Origin: Nitrospinaceae bacterium
GTDB lineage: Bacteria; Nitrospinota; Nitrospinia; Nitrospinales; VA-1
DNA length: 64,000 nucleotides
Reading direction: 5' to 3'
Assembly (NCBI GenBank): GCA_046754465.1
Contig: JBHHVU010000007.1
Span: 1-64,000 of the forward strand
This document shows positions 20,481 to 31,875 of this stretch, piece by piece. The number at the start of each line of letters is the position of its first letter. The first letter of the stretch is position 1. A program made the position numbers and the translations under genes. The notes beneath the pieces were generated by a model. The model was not told the DNA's origin and did not search any database. It saw only the letters and a list, made by a program, of their open reading frames with translations.

Positions 20481-23042
20481 ATGGTTTTGAGTCTACTCCA
20501 GAAAATCGTTGGAACCAGAAACGACAGGGAAATCAAGAGAATTCAGGCCTACGTGGACCAGATCAACGAGTTTGAGCCGCGAATCAAGAAACTGAATGAT
20601 GCCGGGTTGAAAGCCAAGAAAGAGGAGTTCCGGGAAAAACTGGATCGGGGGGCCACCGTTGATGAATTACTTCCCGAAGCATTTGCCGTGGTCCGCGAAG
20701 CCAGCGTGCGAACGCTGGGAATGAGGCATTTCGACGTCCAGATGATCGGCGGCGTTGTTTTGCACGAAGGCAAGATCGCTGAAATGAAAACCGGGGAAGG
20801 CAAAACCCTCGTGGCCACCCTGGCGGTTTATTTGAATGCGTTGACCGGAGAAGGCGTCCATGTCGTGACCGTCAACGATTACCTGGCCAAGCGCGACAGT
20901 GAATGGATGGGAGAAATCTATAAGTTTCTGGGGTTGTCCGTGGGCATGATCTATCATGACATGCCCGAGGACGAACGGAAGGCGGCCTACCAGGCAGATG
21001 TCACCTACGGCACGAACAACGAATTCGGGTTCGATTACCTGCGCGACAACATGAAGTTTTCCGAGGAACAATTCGTCCAACGGCCGCTGAATTTCGCGAT
21101 CGTGGATGAGGTGGACAGCATTTTAATCGACGAAGCCCGGACGCCTTTGATCATTTCCGGCCCTGCGGAAGAGTCCACGGATAAATACTATGAGGTCAAC
21201 CGGGTCATCCCGCGATTAAAAAAGGAAAAGCACTACCAGGTGGATGAAAAAAGCCGCAGCGCCACCCTGACCGAGGAAGGAATCGCCTTCCTGGAAAACC
21301 TGTTAAATGTCGATAACCTTTACGATCCTCAGAATATCGAGATCCTCCATTGCGCGAACCAGGCCCTGAAGGCGCATGCCGTTTTCAGAAACGAAGTGGA
21401 TTACGTGGTCAAGGACGGGAAGGTCGTCATCATCGATGAGTTTACCGGAAGAATGATGACGGGCCGGAGGTACAGCGACGGATTGCACCAGGCCCTGGAA
21501 GCCAAGGAAGGCGTGACGATCGAAAACGAAAACCAGACTCTGGCGAGTATCACCTTTCAGAATTATTTTCGCATGTATAAAAAACTCGCTGGAATGACCG
21601 GGACCGCGGATACCGAGGCGGAGGAATTCAGGGCCATTTACAACCTGGAGGTGGTCGTGGTGCCCACCAACCAGCCCATGATTCGCGAAGATCATCCGGA
21701 TGTCATTTACCGGACGGAAAAGGAAAAATTCGAGGCGGTCATCGAAGAGATCCGGGAGCTCAACACGATAGGGCGCCCAGTTCTGGTGGGGACTATTTCC
21801 ATTGAGAAATCAGAGAAATTGAGCCACCTTCTCAAGAAATACGGTATCAAACACAACGTTCTCAACGCAAAACATCATGAAAAAGAGGCCGAGATCATCT
21901 CCAACGCGGGGCAAAAGGGTGCGGTGACCATCGCCACCAATATGGCCGGACGCGGAACGGATATCGTGCTGGGCGAGGGAGTTCCCCAAATGGGTGGACT
22001 GCACATCCTGGGGACGGAACGTCACGAAAGCCGGCGCATCGATAACCAGCTTCGGGGAAGGTCCGGAAGACAGGGCGATAAGGGATCCTCCCGGTTCTTT
22101 CTGTCGCTGGAAGACGATTTGCTCCGGATTTTCGGCTCGGAAAAGATTTCGGGGGTTATGGCCAAGCTAGGTATGGAAAACGGCCAACCCATCGAACATA
22201 CCATGGTCACCAAGGCCATCGCCAATGCGCAAAGAAAGGTCGAAGCGCATAACTTCGATATCCGCAAACACCTCTTGGAATACGACGATGTGATGAACCG
22301 GCAAAGGGAGGTCTTTTATACCTTGCGCCGCGACATTATTTCCGGGAACAACCAGAAAGAAATTCTGCTGGACATGGCGGATGAAGTCGTGGACGGAATT
22401 CTCGAGGAAATCGCTCCCGAAAAAATGTATCCGGAAGAATGGGATATCCCAGCGCTCAATGAAAAGCTGGAACGGCAGTTCTCCCTGCATGTGGAGAAGA
22501 TCTCGGACCAGGAATTGGAAATTCATGGACAACGTTTGTCCCTGGAAGATTGTAACCGGGAAAAACTGCATGAGGCCATTATGGAGGCCGTGACACAGGC
22601 CTACAATAAAAAAGAGGAAGGGCTGGACGCTGCCATGATGCGCTACCTCGAAAAATCAATCATGCTGCAAATCGCCGACAACCTCTGGAAAGATCATCTC
22701 CTGGGAATGGACCACATGAAAGAGGGAATTGGGTTGCGGGGATATGCGCAGAAGAACCCCTTGACGGAATACAAAAAGGAGGGGTTCGAGATGTTCCGCT
22801 ATATGATGGACCGGATCAAGGAAGAGGTGACGGAATATCTGTTTAAAATCCGCATTCAGAAGGAAGCTCCCGTGCCGGTGGAACAAAACTTCAATCGGCG
22901 CCAGCAACTGGTCGAGCACCGGGGAAACGACGGGGAGGTCTCGAAACCGGTTACCGTGCGGAGGGAGGAAAAAAAGGTGGGAAGGAATGATCCCTGCCCC
23001 TGCGGAAGTGGAAAAAAATACAAAAAATGCCACGGCCGGTGA
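20481..23042 (+). CDS. secA: Preprotein translocase subunit SecA
   Basis: [39 protein letters not shown] and SEC-C motif [19 protein letters not shown]. Confidence 0.99.
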   Translation: MVLSLLQKIVGTRNDREIKRIQAYVDQINEFEPRIKKLNDAGLKAKKEEFREKLDRGATVDELLPEAFAVVREASVRTLGMRHFDVQMIGGVVLHEGKIAEMKTGEGKTLVATLAVYLNALTGEGVHVVTVNDYLAKRDSEWMGEIYKFLGLSVGMIYHDMPEDERKAAYQADVTYGTNNEFGFDYLRDNMKFSEEQFVQRPLNFAIVDEVDSILIDEARTPLIISGPAEESTDKYYEVNRVIPRLKKEKHYQVDEKSRSATLTEEGIAFLENLLNVDNLYDPQNIEILHCANQALKAHAVFRNEVDYVVKDGKVVIIDEFTGRMMTGRRYSDGLHQALEAKEGVTIENENQTLASITFQNYFRMYKKLAGMTGTADTEAEEFRAIYNLEVVVVPTNQPMIREDHPDVIYRTEKEKFEAVIEEIRELNTIGRPVLVGTISIEKSEKLSHLLKKYGIKHNVLNAKHHEKEAEIISNAGQKGAVTIATNMAGRGTDIVLGEGVPQMGGLHILGTERHESRRIDNQLRGRSGRQGDKGSSRFFLSLEDDLLRIFGSEKISGVMAKLGMENGQPIEHTMVTKAIANAQRKVEAHNFDIRKHLLEYDDVMNRQREVFYTLRRDIISGNNQKEILLDMADEVVDGILEEIAPEKMYPEEWDIPALNEKLERQFSLHVEKISDQELEIHGQRLSLEDCNREKLHEAIMEAVTQAYNKKEEGLDAAMMRYLEKSIMLQIADNLWKDHLLGMDHMKEGIGLRGYAQKNPLTEYKKEGFEMFRYMMDRIKEEVTEYLFKIRIQKEAPVPVEQNFNRRQQLVEHRGNDGEVSKPVTVRREEKKVGRNDPCPCGSGKKYKKCHGR

Positions 23043-23055
23043 CCCGGCGGCTCAT

Positions 23056-23811
23056 TTAGAAATGCTCCTGGGATTCCTGGCATTCAATGCATAAACTGGA
23101 TAAAGGCAGGATCTGCAAACGCTTCATGCTGATCTTCTTGGCGCAATTCTCACAAATCCCGTAAGTCCCCTCCTGAATTTTAATCAAGGCATTTTCAATC
23201 AGTTTCAGCTCATTGCGGTCCCGGCTGGAAAGCTGGAAGGACATTTCCCGTCCCTCCAGGCTGGAAGCCAGGTCGATTTCGTTGCTGAAGGTCAAATCGT
23301 CGATATTTCTTTCCAAGGCCTGGGATGAGCGGAGCTTCTCGAGAACCTCGGTCCGGTTAGTAAACAGGCGGTCGCGAATCTTCACCACCATGGGATCTAT
23401 TTGGGGAACCTTTTTCGCGGGGGGTTTCGGTTTCGCGGGGGCAGCGGCTTTTTTGTGAACCCGGGTTTTAGGGGCCTTGGTTTTCACAGCGGCCTTTTTC
23501 GCGGATACTTTCTTCGCGGTTTCGGCGGGTTTACGCGCTTTGCCTTTTTTGGAAGCTGGGGTTTTGGCTTTGACCTTGGTTTTCGCTTTGACCTTGGTTT
23601 TCGCTTTGACCTTGGTTTTAGCTTTGACCTTAGTTTTAGCTTTGACCTTGGTTTTAGCTTTTTTCGCGGGTTTTACCTTGGACCGGGCTTTTGAGGTTTT
23701 GGGTTTCACCTTTTTTTTAACGGACTTCGACCCTTTTCTTGGCGAGGCTTTCCTGGCCACTTTTTTTTTCTGGGCGGTTTTCTTTTTGGCCGTCTTTTTT
23801 TTCTTAACCAT
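23056..23811 (-). CDS. dksA: DksA/TraR-family C4 zinc-finger protein with long Lys/Ala-rich histone-H1-like N-terminus
   Basis: C-terminal coiled coil NEIDLA, GTYGICENC...RLQILP...CIECQ; about 130 aa of K/A-rich N-terminus. Confidence 0.85.
   Translation of the reverse strand: MVKKKKTAKKKTAQKKKVARKASPRKGSKSVKKKVKPKTSKARSKVKPAKKAKTKVKAKTKVKAKTKVKAKTKVKAKTKVKAKTPASKKGKARKPAETAKKVSAKKAAVKTKAPKTRVHKKAAAPAKPKPPAKKVPQIDPMVVKIRDRLFTNRTEVLEKLRSSQALERNIDDLTFSNEIDLASSLEGREMSFQLSSRDRNELKLIENALIKIQEGTYGICENCAKKISMKRLQILPLSSLCIECQESQEHF
23567..23656 (-). repeat. 5 x 18-bp tandem repeat (KAKTKV) in dksA
   Basis: Units gctttgaccttggttttc/a at 23567, 23585, 23603, 23621 and 23639. Confidence 0.92.
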
Positions 23812-24219
23812 CCCCAGGACCTCCTGTTTAAATGTTCTGGCTCAGCGGGATGCTCTTGAGAACTAGAAGGAAACCAAACCGATTCACTCGATTATTATCT
23901 TTTGGGCCGGAATTTTCTGACTCCAATTTGAAAGGGGTCTTACCTGACGTGCTTGAACGCAATTGCTAATCCATCCCTCGAAATTATGTTAGGCGAATTC
24001 TTTTCCTACCGTATATCAGATATTTAAAATTTATGAAATGAAATGTGTCCTATAAAATAACATTAAGTGTAAATTATTCAAATTTTAAGACGGGATGTTA
24101 TCATTCCCCGCTGAAAAGCACAAGATTTTATTTGCCCATTTTCCGAACTTCCAAAACCGGGTGCAAACGCTCGATTCCTGGGGTTGCCGCCGCCAACATT
24201 CCTGGCTGGGGAAAGGAAT

Positions 24220-24510
24220 TCAATACTTTTCATAATCAACCACAGCCGAATGGGAACATAAGGAACGCATGATTTCGGCAACTGGAATGTGGTTTTTGTG
24301 AGAAACATAGGTTTTCAACCCCTCTTTGTCGTCGAAATGGGTGGTCAGGATCACATCAAAGCTTCTTTCCGAACCGGAGAAGTCGATTCCTACTTCCAGG
24401 AAACGGAGGGGTTCAATTTGACCTTCCATGCCTTTCAATGCTTCCACCACTTTTTCCAGATTGGCGGGTGTTTTTTCGGCCAGTTTGAACATTACGATGT
24501 GTTTGATCAT
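24220..24510 (-). CDS. Dabb-family stress-responsive A/B barrel protein
   Basis: MIKHIVMFKL...FDDKEGLKTYVSHKNH...VVDYE. Confidence 0.9.
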   Translation of the reverse strand: MIKHIVMFKLAEKTPANLEKVVEALKGMEGQIEPLRFLEVGIDFSGSERSFDVILTTHFDDKEGLKTYVSHKNHIPVAEIMRSLCSHSAVVDYEKY

Positions 24511-24816
24511 ATTCCGCTCCAGAAGGATTGATGAAAAGGGATTTAAGTGAAAACCGTTTCAAGAAAATGGTTCAGGTAAAATTTTCTTTTTCCGATTAAA
24601 ACCGAGGGGTATCCCGGCTCAGAAACGGTTTCGAGTTCCGAAAGTGGTGAAGAATACCATTTTACCGGAAGGATTTCCATGCATTCCGGGTCCCTTCTCC
24701 CGGGTGGGAGATTTCTAGGCGCCCGCGAGGCCGGGGGAGTATTTTCCGCCGGTTGTGGATTATGGTATATTGAAATTTTTCAGATAATATTAACGAATTT
24801 TGCAGGGGAGTCTTGC

Positions 24817-25539
24817 ATGTCCTGGTTGCTCGGTGCGGGAATGGGTTTTCTTCGCGGGGGACCTTTTGGGGCTCTTGTGGGGGGGACTCTCCAGCATTTT
24901 TTGACAAAAAAGGCTTTGAAAAGGATCCAAAACCGGCTGCCCGGGATCACACAAAAAGGGCTTTTCGTGACCTGCCTGGTGGTGGTGCAGACCAAAGTCG
25001 CCCTGGCCAAGGGACCGTTGACTCACCGGGAGGTTCAGGTCTTGCACCGGTTTTTTATTAAAAACCTGGGCTATGGTTCTGAGGATTTAAAATTCGTCGA
25101 TAAGATCATCGATGAAACCCAACGCCTGAATCCCGATATTGGCCCCTTCGTGCAACAATATCAAAAGGCCACGCAAAACAATTACAATCTGCTTCTGCTC
25201 GCTTTGTCGTATCAGATCACGCTGATGGGAGATTCCCTGACCCGGGAGACCCAGGAGCGGATCAATCAGGTTGCCCGGTTGCTGGGCATCTCTTATGAAC
25301 AGCATGACCGGATCCGCGGGAAGTATTCCCTGGGAGCCTTGAAAACTCCCTATACCATCCTGGGGATCAAACCGTCGTCCAGTAATGAGGAGATCAAAAA
25401 AGCATACCGGCGGAAAGTGGGCCAGTATCATCCCGACCGGGTCGCGCATTTGGGAGAGGACCAGGGCGAGGAGGCGCATCTAAAATTTCTGGAGATCCAG
25501 GCGGCTTACGAGGAGTTGGAAAGGATTCGCGGAGTTTAG
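24817..25539 (+). CDS. djlA: DjlA-like co-chaperone (TerB-like + C-terminal J domain)
   Basis: G-rich N-terminal anchor GGPFGALVG; C-terminal PYTILG..EIKKAYRR..YHPD; SD aggggag before ATG 24817. Confidence 0.8.
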   Translation: MSWLLGAGMGFLRGGPFGALVGGTLQHFLTKKALKRIQNRLPGITQKGLFVTCLVVVQTKVALAKGPLTHREVQVLHRFFIKNLGYGSEDLKFVDKIIDETQRLNPDIGPFVQQYQKATQNNYNLLLLALSYQITLMGDSLTRETQERINQVARLLGISYEQHDRIRGKYSLGALKTPYTILGIKPSSSNEEIKKAYRRKVGQYHPDRVAHLGEDQGEEAHLKFLEIQAAYEELERIRGV

Positions 25540-26831
25540 GCCGTCTTTTTTGTATCCGGGGAAGGGACACGGGGGGTGTTGTTGGATGGCGAGGGCGTGA
25601 GCTTGCGGACGATGATGGATTGTATTTTACGTTTGCTCGCTTCTTTTATGGTCAGGCGGTACCCGTTGACGATCACCTGTTCGCCCGGATTGGGAATTTT
25701 TTCGAGCCGGTTGATGGCCAGGCCGGCCAGGGTTTCATAATCGCCGGCAGGCAGGTTGAGGTTCAGGTTTTCGTTGATCACGCTGATTTCCGTATCCGCT
25801 TCAATCAAATAACCGCCATCGGCGTAACTTTCGAATCGTTTTTCGGGTTTATCGTATTCATCCTCGATTTCCCCCACGATTTCCTCCAGCAAATCCTCCA
25901 TGGTAACGATGCCGATGCACCCGCCGAATTCGTCCACCACAATCGCCATATGCAGGCCCCGTTGCTGGAGTTCACGAAGCAGGTCGTCGATTTTTTTATT
26001 GGGCGGAACATAATACGCCGGACGAACCAGATCCGTGATGGGGGAGTGGTCGACCGGCTGGTCGATCAGGTCAAAGGTGTTGAGAACCCCAATCAGGTTG
26101 TACATCCGGTCGTGGAAAACCGGTAGCCGGGAATACCCCGATTCGTTCGCCAGGTGATGGGCCTCTTCCAGGGTGGCGGAGTCCTTGATGGCCGTGATTT
26201 GAACGAGGGGCACCATGCACTGTTCCACGTTGATTTCCCCGAAATTGAAAATTTTATGGATCATTTTCCTTTCCGCGACTCCCAGTCCCAGGGATTGGGA
26301 ATCGAAACTCAATACTTGCCGGATCTGGTCACGGATCAATGTTTTCCGGTCGGTTCCGTTTCGCCGGAAGATTTTCTTCGTAAAAAAAGTTGAGGTTTGG
26401 GTGAAAAAATGGATCAACGGAGAAAAGACCCGGCAGAACAGGTTGAGGGGTTTGACCAGGACCAACATGATCTCGTTGGCCCGGTTTTGAAAAATCATTT
26501 TGGGAACGATTTCCCCTCCGAAAAGGATCACGGGAGAGATGATGGCCATGGCCAGCCATTCCCCGTTTTGTCCGATGTGGGTTACCATGAATCCGGTGAA
26601 AACCGCTGTGCTGGTGACCATCGCCAGGTTGGTTCCCAGGGACGTGGTGGCAAACAGTTTTTCGGGGTTGTCGAGCAAATCCAATACGGCCTGGGCGGAA
26701 AGGTTTCCCTCTTCCGCTTGATGCTTCATCTTGATCCGGTTGATGGCAATCATGGCGATTTCCGATCCAGAGAAAAAGGCCTCCAGCAGAATGCCTAGAA
26801 ATACCAGAATTAATGTGGTGCTCAGGTCCAT
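25536..26831 (-). CDS. CNNM/DUF21-CBS-CorC (HlyC/CorC 'hemolysin') family transporter
   Basis: FFSGSEIA, GEIVPK, YSRLPV, AIVVDEFGG..TMEDLLEEIVGEIEDEYD. Confidence 0.92.
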   Translation of the reverse strand: MDLSTTLILVFLGILLEAFFSGSEIAMIAINRIKMKHQAEEGNLSAQAVLDLLDNPEKLFATTSLGTNLAMVTSTAVFTGFMVTHIGQNGEWLAMAIISPVILFGGEIVPKMIFQNRANEIMLVLVKPLNLFCRVFSPLIHFFTQTSTFFTKKIFRRNGTDRKTLIRDQIRQVLSFDSQSLGLGVAERKMIHKIFNFGEINVEQCMVPLVQITAIKDSATLEEAHHLANESGYSRLPVFHDRMYNLIGVLNTFDLIDQPVDHSPITDLVRPAYYVPPNKKIDDLLRELQQRGLHMAIVVDEFGGCIGIVTMEDLLEEIVGEIEDEYDKPEKRFESYADGGYLIEADTEISVINENLNLNLPAGDYETLAGLAINRLEKIPNPGEQVIVNGYRLTIKEASKRKIQSIIVRKLTPSPSNNTPRVPSPDTKKTA

Positions 26832-28135
26832 CAGGATTCCGTGGGTTTCCGACTTTCGGTTTCCTCCCGGGGGCGGAGGGGGTGCAGGAGGGTGAGGTGG
26901 AGCCTTAATATTCTGGGCCCCTTCATTTTTTCAACCCGGAATTTGAAGGTGTCATGAGTGGCCGCTTCCCCCGATCGGGGTACCCGGCCGAACAAACCGA
27001 AAACCAGCCCGCCAACCGTATCATACTGGTCCGCAGGCAGGTTGCTTTTAAAGTATTCGTTGAAATCATTCAGACTGTATGTCCCCATGAGTTTGTAGTT
27101 GGTGTCATTGATTTTGACTAACGGTTCCTGATCCATCCGCATTTCACTGTCAATTTCACCGACCAGTTCTTCCAGGATATCCTCCAGGGTCACCAACCCG
27201 GTCACGCTGCCGTATTCGTCGAGGACGATGGCCATATGGCTCTTCAATTTTTTGAATTCTTCCAGGAGCTCTTTTATTTTTTTTGTCTTGGGGACCGAGT
27301 GGGTGGGATGCAGCATGCTTTTGATGTTCACGCTTTCCCTGGGAAGGTGCTTGATTCGATTCAAATGCTTGGTGAGCAGGACGCCGATGATATTTTCCTG
27401 TTCCTGGTCGTAAACCGGAACCCGGGAATAAAAATTCTCCGCGATCTTGGGAAGAATCTCCTCCAGGCTGTCCTCGATGTTGACAGTGACCATATCGATT
27501 TTGGGAGTCATGATGTCGGCCACGGTGGTTTCCCCGAATTTCATGATGTTGTGAATCATCTCACTTTCATCGGCGTCGATGCCCCCTTCTCCCACCCCCA
27601 TCTGCACCATGGTGCGGAATTCCTCTTCGGTGATGGCGGGTTTGTTGCTGGGGAGGGTGACGATTCCCATGTGGTGGATTAATTTTTCCGCCAGGCTGGT
27701 CAGAATCTTCTGGGGAGGATGCACCAATTTGGAAAACCAGCTCAGCGGCGCGGCGGCGATGAGGGCATAGGTCTGCGCCATTTTCAGGGACATGCTTTTG
27801 GGGACAATTTCTCCGAATATCAGGAGTAAAAAAGTGCCCGCCCCAATGGCGATGCCGAGCCCGAGGTCGCCGAAAAGCTTTATCGCGACCGAGGTCGCCA
27901 CCACGGATACGGCGATGTTGACCAGTTCGTTTCCGATATAAATGGTGATCAGAAGTTCGCGGGGTTTTTCCAGGAGAGAATGCACCAATCGGCCCAAACG
28001 GCCCTTATTCTCCCTCATTTCGGTTAATTGGAGTGAATTCAGCGAAAAAAAGGCGGCTTCACAAGCGGAGAAAAATCCCGAAAATAAGAGAAGGGTCAGC
28101 AGGAGAAAGAAACGCGGTAATATATAGTCGTCCAA
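26831..28135 (-). CDS. CNNM/DUF21-CBS-CorC family transporter, second paralog
   Basis: FFSACEAA, FGEIVPK, YSRVPVY, AIVLDEYG..TLEDILEELVGEI. Confidence 0.92.
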   Translation of the reverse strand: MDDYILPRFFLLLTLLLFSGFFSACEAAFFSLNSLQLTEMRENKGRLGRLVHSLLEKPRELLITIYIGNELVNIAVSVVATSVAIKLFGDLGLGIAIGAGTFLLLIFGEIVPKSMSLKMAQTYALIAAAPLSWFSKLVHPPQKILTSLAEKLIHHMGIVTLPSNKPAITEEEFRTMVQMGVGEGGIDADESEMIHNIMKFGETTVADIMTPKIDMVTVNIEDSLEEILPKIAENFYSRVPVYDQEQENIIGVLLTKHLNRIKHLPRESVNIKSMLHPTHSVPKTKKIKELLEEFKKLKSHMAIVLDEYGSVTGLVTLEDILEELVGEIDSEMRMDQEPLVKINDTNYKLMGTYSLNDFNEYFKSNLPADQYDTVGGLVFGLFGRVPRSGEAATHDTFKFRVEKMKGPRILRLHLTLLHPLRPREETESRKPTES

Positions 28136-28247
28136 GGTTTAAAAAAAACCCCCGAAATGAGCCCGCGCCTGAATAATCGGTTCCTTGTAAACAGAGGATA
28201 AGGAAACACGGTGGGCAGTTCCACCTTTGGGATTCCCGGAGGAGCCG

Positions 28248-29282
28248 TTAACGGCCTTTGGTTTTGAAATGGTCGAATCCCATGGACTTTTGGAGAGTTT
28301 CGCGCCGATCGTTATTTCGGACCAGTTCGATTTTACCTGATTTCGAACTCACCTCTCCAATTTGTGTTACGGGCGTTTTGGCATATTGAAACTGCTTAAT
28401 TAATTTTCTAACATCTTCGGACTTTAAAGTAAACAGTAATTCATAATCCTCGCCACCGGATAGCATGAAATCCAATGAAATTAACCTGTTATCGGAGCAA
28501 AACCGAGTCAGGCGGGGGGATTTCGGAATTTGTTTTTCCCACAAAACAGCGCCCACTTTTCCAGCTTGGCAGATTTGATACAAATCCTGGATCAGGCCGT
28601 CGCTGGTATCGATCATGGAAGTGACCCGGACCCGTGATTGCATCAATCTCCGGGATTCGGCCAGACGGGGGACGGGGTCCAGGTGGGCCTGGATCAGTTG
28701 CTGCCTCGAATGTTTGGTTCCGGCCCAGTTTCTGCGCCGGGATCGGAGAATTTTCAACCCCAGGGCCGATTCGCCCGGGAATCCGGTCACGAATATTGCA
28801 TCGCCGGGGCGGGCGCCGGCGCGGGTGACCGGACGGTTGTCCGGGGCTTCCCCCAACAGCGTGATATTGATGAACAGGTGCTTGGGAGAAGATACGGTGT
28901 CCCCCCCTGCAAGTTGTATCCGGTACTTTTGACACATCTGGTTGATCCCGCTGTAAAGACCGTCCAGAAATTTGACCGGCAGGGTGGGGGGAATGCCTAA
29001 ACAGATCAGGGCGGCCGTGGGCACTCCGCCCATGGCCGCGATGTCGCTGATGTTCACCGCCATCGCTTTGCGGCCCAGTTGTTTCGCGGATGTGGTGCCC
29101 ATATCGAAATGAACTTTCTCCACAAGGGCGTCGGCCGTCAGAAGCAGGGGGATTCCAGTCTTAACGGAATAGACGGCGCAATCGTCCCCGATTCCCAGTT
29201 TCATTCGAGGGGACTGGTAGGTGACCCGGGAACTCAGCCTATCGATCAAACCAAACTCACCTAGTTGTTTTAATTCAGCCAT
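28248..29282 (-). CDS. thiL: Thiamine-monophosphate kinase
   Basis: GEFGLI, GIGDDCA, NISDIAAMGG, GGDT, IDTSDGL, GGEDYELLFT. Confidence 0.96.
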   Translation of the reverse strand: MAELKQLGEFGLIDRLSSRVTYQSPRMKLGIGDDCAVYSVKTGIPLLLTADALVEKVHFDMGTTSAKQLGRKAMAVNISDIAAMGGVPTAALICLGIPPTLPVKFLDGLYSGINQMCQKYRIQLAGGDTVSSPKHLFINITLLGEAPDNRPVTRAGARPGDAIFVTGFPGESALGLKILRSRRRNWAGTKHSRQQLIQAHLDPVPRLAESRRLMQSRVRVTSMIDTSDGLIQDLYQICQAGKVGAVLWEKQIPKSPRLTRFCSDNRLISLDFMLSGGEDYELLFTLKSEDVRKLIKQFQYAKTPVTQIGEVSSKSGKIELVRNNDRRETLQKSMGFDHFKTKGR

Positions 29283-29489
29283 CCTGATTAAGAATCAAAT
29301 ATCGGACTGGAAGGGAAAAATCATTTAATAAGCAATCAGGGGTCCGTCAAAATCCGGAATTTTTGCGGGCCGACGAATTGCCGGGGTAAAGAGGGGAAAC
29401 AATAACATCCTGCAACGGCTGCTTGAAGGATTGCGTCCCGGGGCTCATCCCGGGTTCCCGGCCACATGCGCTTTCCAGGGAGCCGCTGA

Positions 29490-30989
29490 TTATTTTTTAT
29501 ATTTTTTAATCAATATATTGGAATACTCTTTGGCCTGGGCGGATTTTTTCAACTGATACTTTTCTTTAAACAGGTTTTCCGCTCTTTTGGCATGGAAGAT
29601 GGCATTCCCGCTGTCCTGGATTTGGTCATACAGGAGGGCGAGACTCCAATGCGCCTGGGCGAATTTAGGATTGATCCGCGCCACCTCCTTGAACTCCTCG
29701 ATCGCTTTTTTCTTCCGTCTTAGGTCCACGTAAGCCAGTCCCAGATTAAAGTGGGCGAGGTAATTTTCGGGTTTCCTTCGGACCGCTTCCTTAAAATGGG
29801 GGATGGCCAGTTTGGGGGTTTTGGTTTTTTCAAAGATCAAACCCAAGCTGTTATGCGCTTCAAAATTGCCGGGATCGATTTTCAGAAGTTTTTTGAAGGG
29901 TTCGATGGCGTCCTGGTACCGGTTCAAAATGTAATAGGACTGCCCCAGCGTGAAATAGGGCTCTTTTTTATCGGGCGCGATCTTTATCAGCTTCTTAAGG
30001 GTTTCGATGGATTTATCATATTGGTTTTTCTTCCAATAAGAACTGTGGAGGAGAAAATAGGCCTCGTCATTGTTCGGATCTTTCCGGATGGCCAGAGTCA
30101 ACGCCTCGATCGCCCGTTCGTGCTTTCCGGTCTCGGAATATAATTTGCCGATCCTGTAATTGACGTCCTTATAGTCTGGATTGAGCCGGATGGTTTTTTC
30201 AAAGGATGCGATGGATTGTTCCGTTTTATTGACTTCCGAATAGGCAATGCCGAGGTGGAAGATAAATTTCGGGTTGCCGGGTTCTATCCGCAGGGCCTCC
30301 CTGTAATGATCGATGCCTTTTGGGTATTGTTTCAAACGGCAGTACATTAGGCCCAGGCGGAAATGCGCATCCGCATATTCGGAATTGGTTTTAACGGATT
30401 CGAGATAATGGTTCAGGGCCTTTTGGGGTTGGCCTAATTGCTGGTATTCGATCCCGGCGCGGTGATGCGCCTGCCAGAAATCCTGTTTTAATCGAATGGC
30501 CTCCTCAAATTCCCCTGCCGCCTTTTCATGCCGCTCCAGTTTCTGCCATACCAGGCCCATGCCGTAGTGGAACTTCGCATTTTCGGGTTCGAGATCCAAG
30601 GCTTGCTTGAGGGGTTGAACCGCTTTTTGATATTGACCGGAAAATACATACTCCATGGCCAGGAGATAACTTTCCTGAACTTCCTTCGGGGGTGGGGGGG
30701 AACTTTTCACCTCCGTTCCGGGGATGTCCGCCACCGGCCCGGCCGGTGGCCGCGGTTCTTGGTGGACCGATTGTTTTGGGGGATTGATTGGAATGGCCGC
30801 TTTAGCGCTATCCTCCTGCTGGACCGGAGTCGACGGCCCCTTTTCCTGATCTGCCGGGGTTTTTTCAGCGTCGGTTTTGGACTCCTTTAAAAAGGGGGGC
30901 CAGTCGATTTGATTGATTTGCCGGGTCAAACTGGAACATCCCGAACTCGTCAAACCCAGGATGAAAAAGAAAACAAGATATTTTTTCAT
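29490..30989 (-). CDS. TPR-repeat lipoprotein
   Basis: MKKYLVFFFILGLTSSGC lipobox, Pro-rich linker, about 11 TPRs. Confidence 0.85.
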   Translation of the reverse strand: MKKYLVFFFILGLTSSGCSSLTRQINQIDWPPFLKESKTDAEKTPADQEKGPSTPVQQEDSAKAAIPINPPKQSVHQEPRPPAGPVADIPGTEVKSSPPPPKEVQESYLLAMEYVFSGQYQKAVQPLKQALDLEPENAKFHYGMGLVWQKLERHEKAAGEFEEAIRLKQDFWQAHHRAGIEYQQLGQPQKALNHYLESVKTNSEYADAHFRLGLMYCRLKQYPKGIDHYREALRIEPGNPKFIFHLGIAYSEVNKTEQSIASFEKTIRLNPDYKDVNYRIGKLYSETGKHERAIEALTLAIRKDPNNDEAYFLLHSSYWKKNQYDKSIETLKKLIKIAPDKKEPYFTLGQSYYILNRYQDAIEPFKKLLKIDPGNFEAHNSLGLIFEKTKTPKLAIPHFKEAVRRKPENYLAHFNLGLAYVDLRRKKKAIEEFKEVARINPKFAQAHWSLALLYDQIQDSGNAIFHAKRAENLFKEKYQLKKSAQAKEYSNILIKKYKK

Positions 30990-31341
30990 GTTGGAAGTAA
31001 TGAACGCTTTCTCTTTAGCAACGTGAAAAAGGGGTGGCAGGCTTTTTTGTAATTGCACCGGCGAAAATTTTCAACCCACGGGTAGCCAAAAGTAACCTAT
31101 TGGATTTTAAGGAATTATTTATGTATTCCCTCTAAATAATCTACCATAATTTGTACCGTTCCTTCCATTTTTGTTTAAATTTTCCGCCAGGCCGGCAAAC
31201 AGGCGGTTCCTGCCGGAAAAAAAACCGGGAAGTATTTCGCGAGCATGAGGACCTCGAAAGGCAATTCCGGGAGAATAAGGGAGGGAAATTCAACGGTTAT
31301 GAGTTGCGCTACCGGGAGGTTGCCCGGGGGACCGGGCTGGT

Positions 31342-31875
31342 TTAGGTCAGAAGCGTATCGATCGGAATAAGTTGGGTTTGCATGTTTTTTTCCGTGGAGA
31401 GGATGTCCAGAGCTTCATAAAGCGGGTCGATTCCCTTGCCCACCACGCCCTCGATGTGAATGTAATAGGCCGGGTTTTCCCCGGGGCTGCCGATGTTAGA
31501 ATCCAAGGTAAGAATATTAAGGCCGGCTTCGGCCAGGGCGCAGGTCACATCTTCCATGATACCGGGGCGGTCGGAGCAATACACGCTGATACGCACATTG
31601 GGTTGGATCAGATGATGATTCCCGCCTTCCACCGGGATCACGTGTTGATGCAAACTCATTGAGGAGGCGGCAGGCGCGACGATTTTTTCCAGGTCTTCGA
31701 GAGTCCCGTCGAATTGAGCCATCAACATGATTGTGAAATTGTTTCCCAGCCGGGCCATGGAAGATTCTCCAAGGTTGCATCCGCCCTTGCACAAGGCCGT
31801 GGTCAGGTTTGCCACGATGCCGGGCTGGTCTTTCCCCACCAGGGTCAGCATATACCAGTTATCCATACGCATCAT
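31342..31875 (-). CDS. Double-ACT-domain protein (GcvR-like)
   Basis: LVGKDQPGIV..GCNLGESSM and second ACT SDRPGI..LAEAGLNI; exact start uncertain (31866-31884). Confidence 0.85.
   Translation of the reverse strand: MMRMDNWYMLTLVGKDQPGIVANLTTALCKGGCNLGESSMARLGNNFTIMLMAQFDGTLEDLEKIVAPAASSMSLHQHVIPVEGGNHHLIQPNVRISVYCSDRPGIMEDVTCALAEAGLNILTLDSNIGSPGENPAYYIHIEGVVGKGIDPLYEALDILSTEKNMQTQLIPIDTLLT

Noticed and set aside
23567..23656. Tandem repeats as a CRISPR array (also the 126-bp periodicity at 33.9-35.0 kb)
   Set aside because: They are in-frame coding repeats without unique spacers, and there are no cas genes.
23477..23866. 129-aa hydrophobic plus-strand ORF (LTLVFA repeats)
   Set aside because: Antisense mirror of the Lys-rich dksA tail.
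25536..28135. Tandem CNNM/CBS paralogs as a novelty
   Set aside because: Paired DUF21-CBS genes are a common arrangement, and the two are old, diverged paralogs.
28136..29489. Riboswitches upstream of the CNNM pair or thiL
   Set aside because: No recognisable TPP, M-box or yybP-ykoY consensus was seen.
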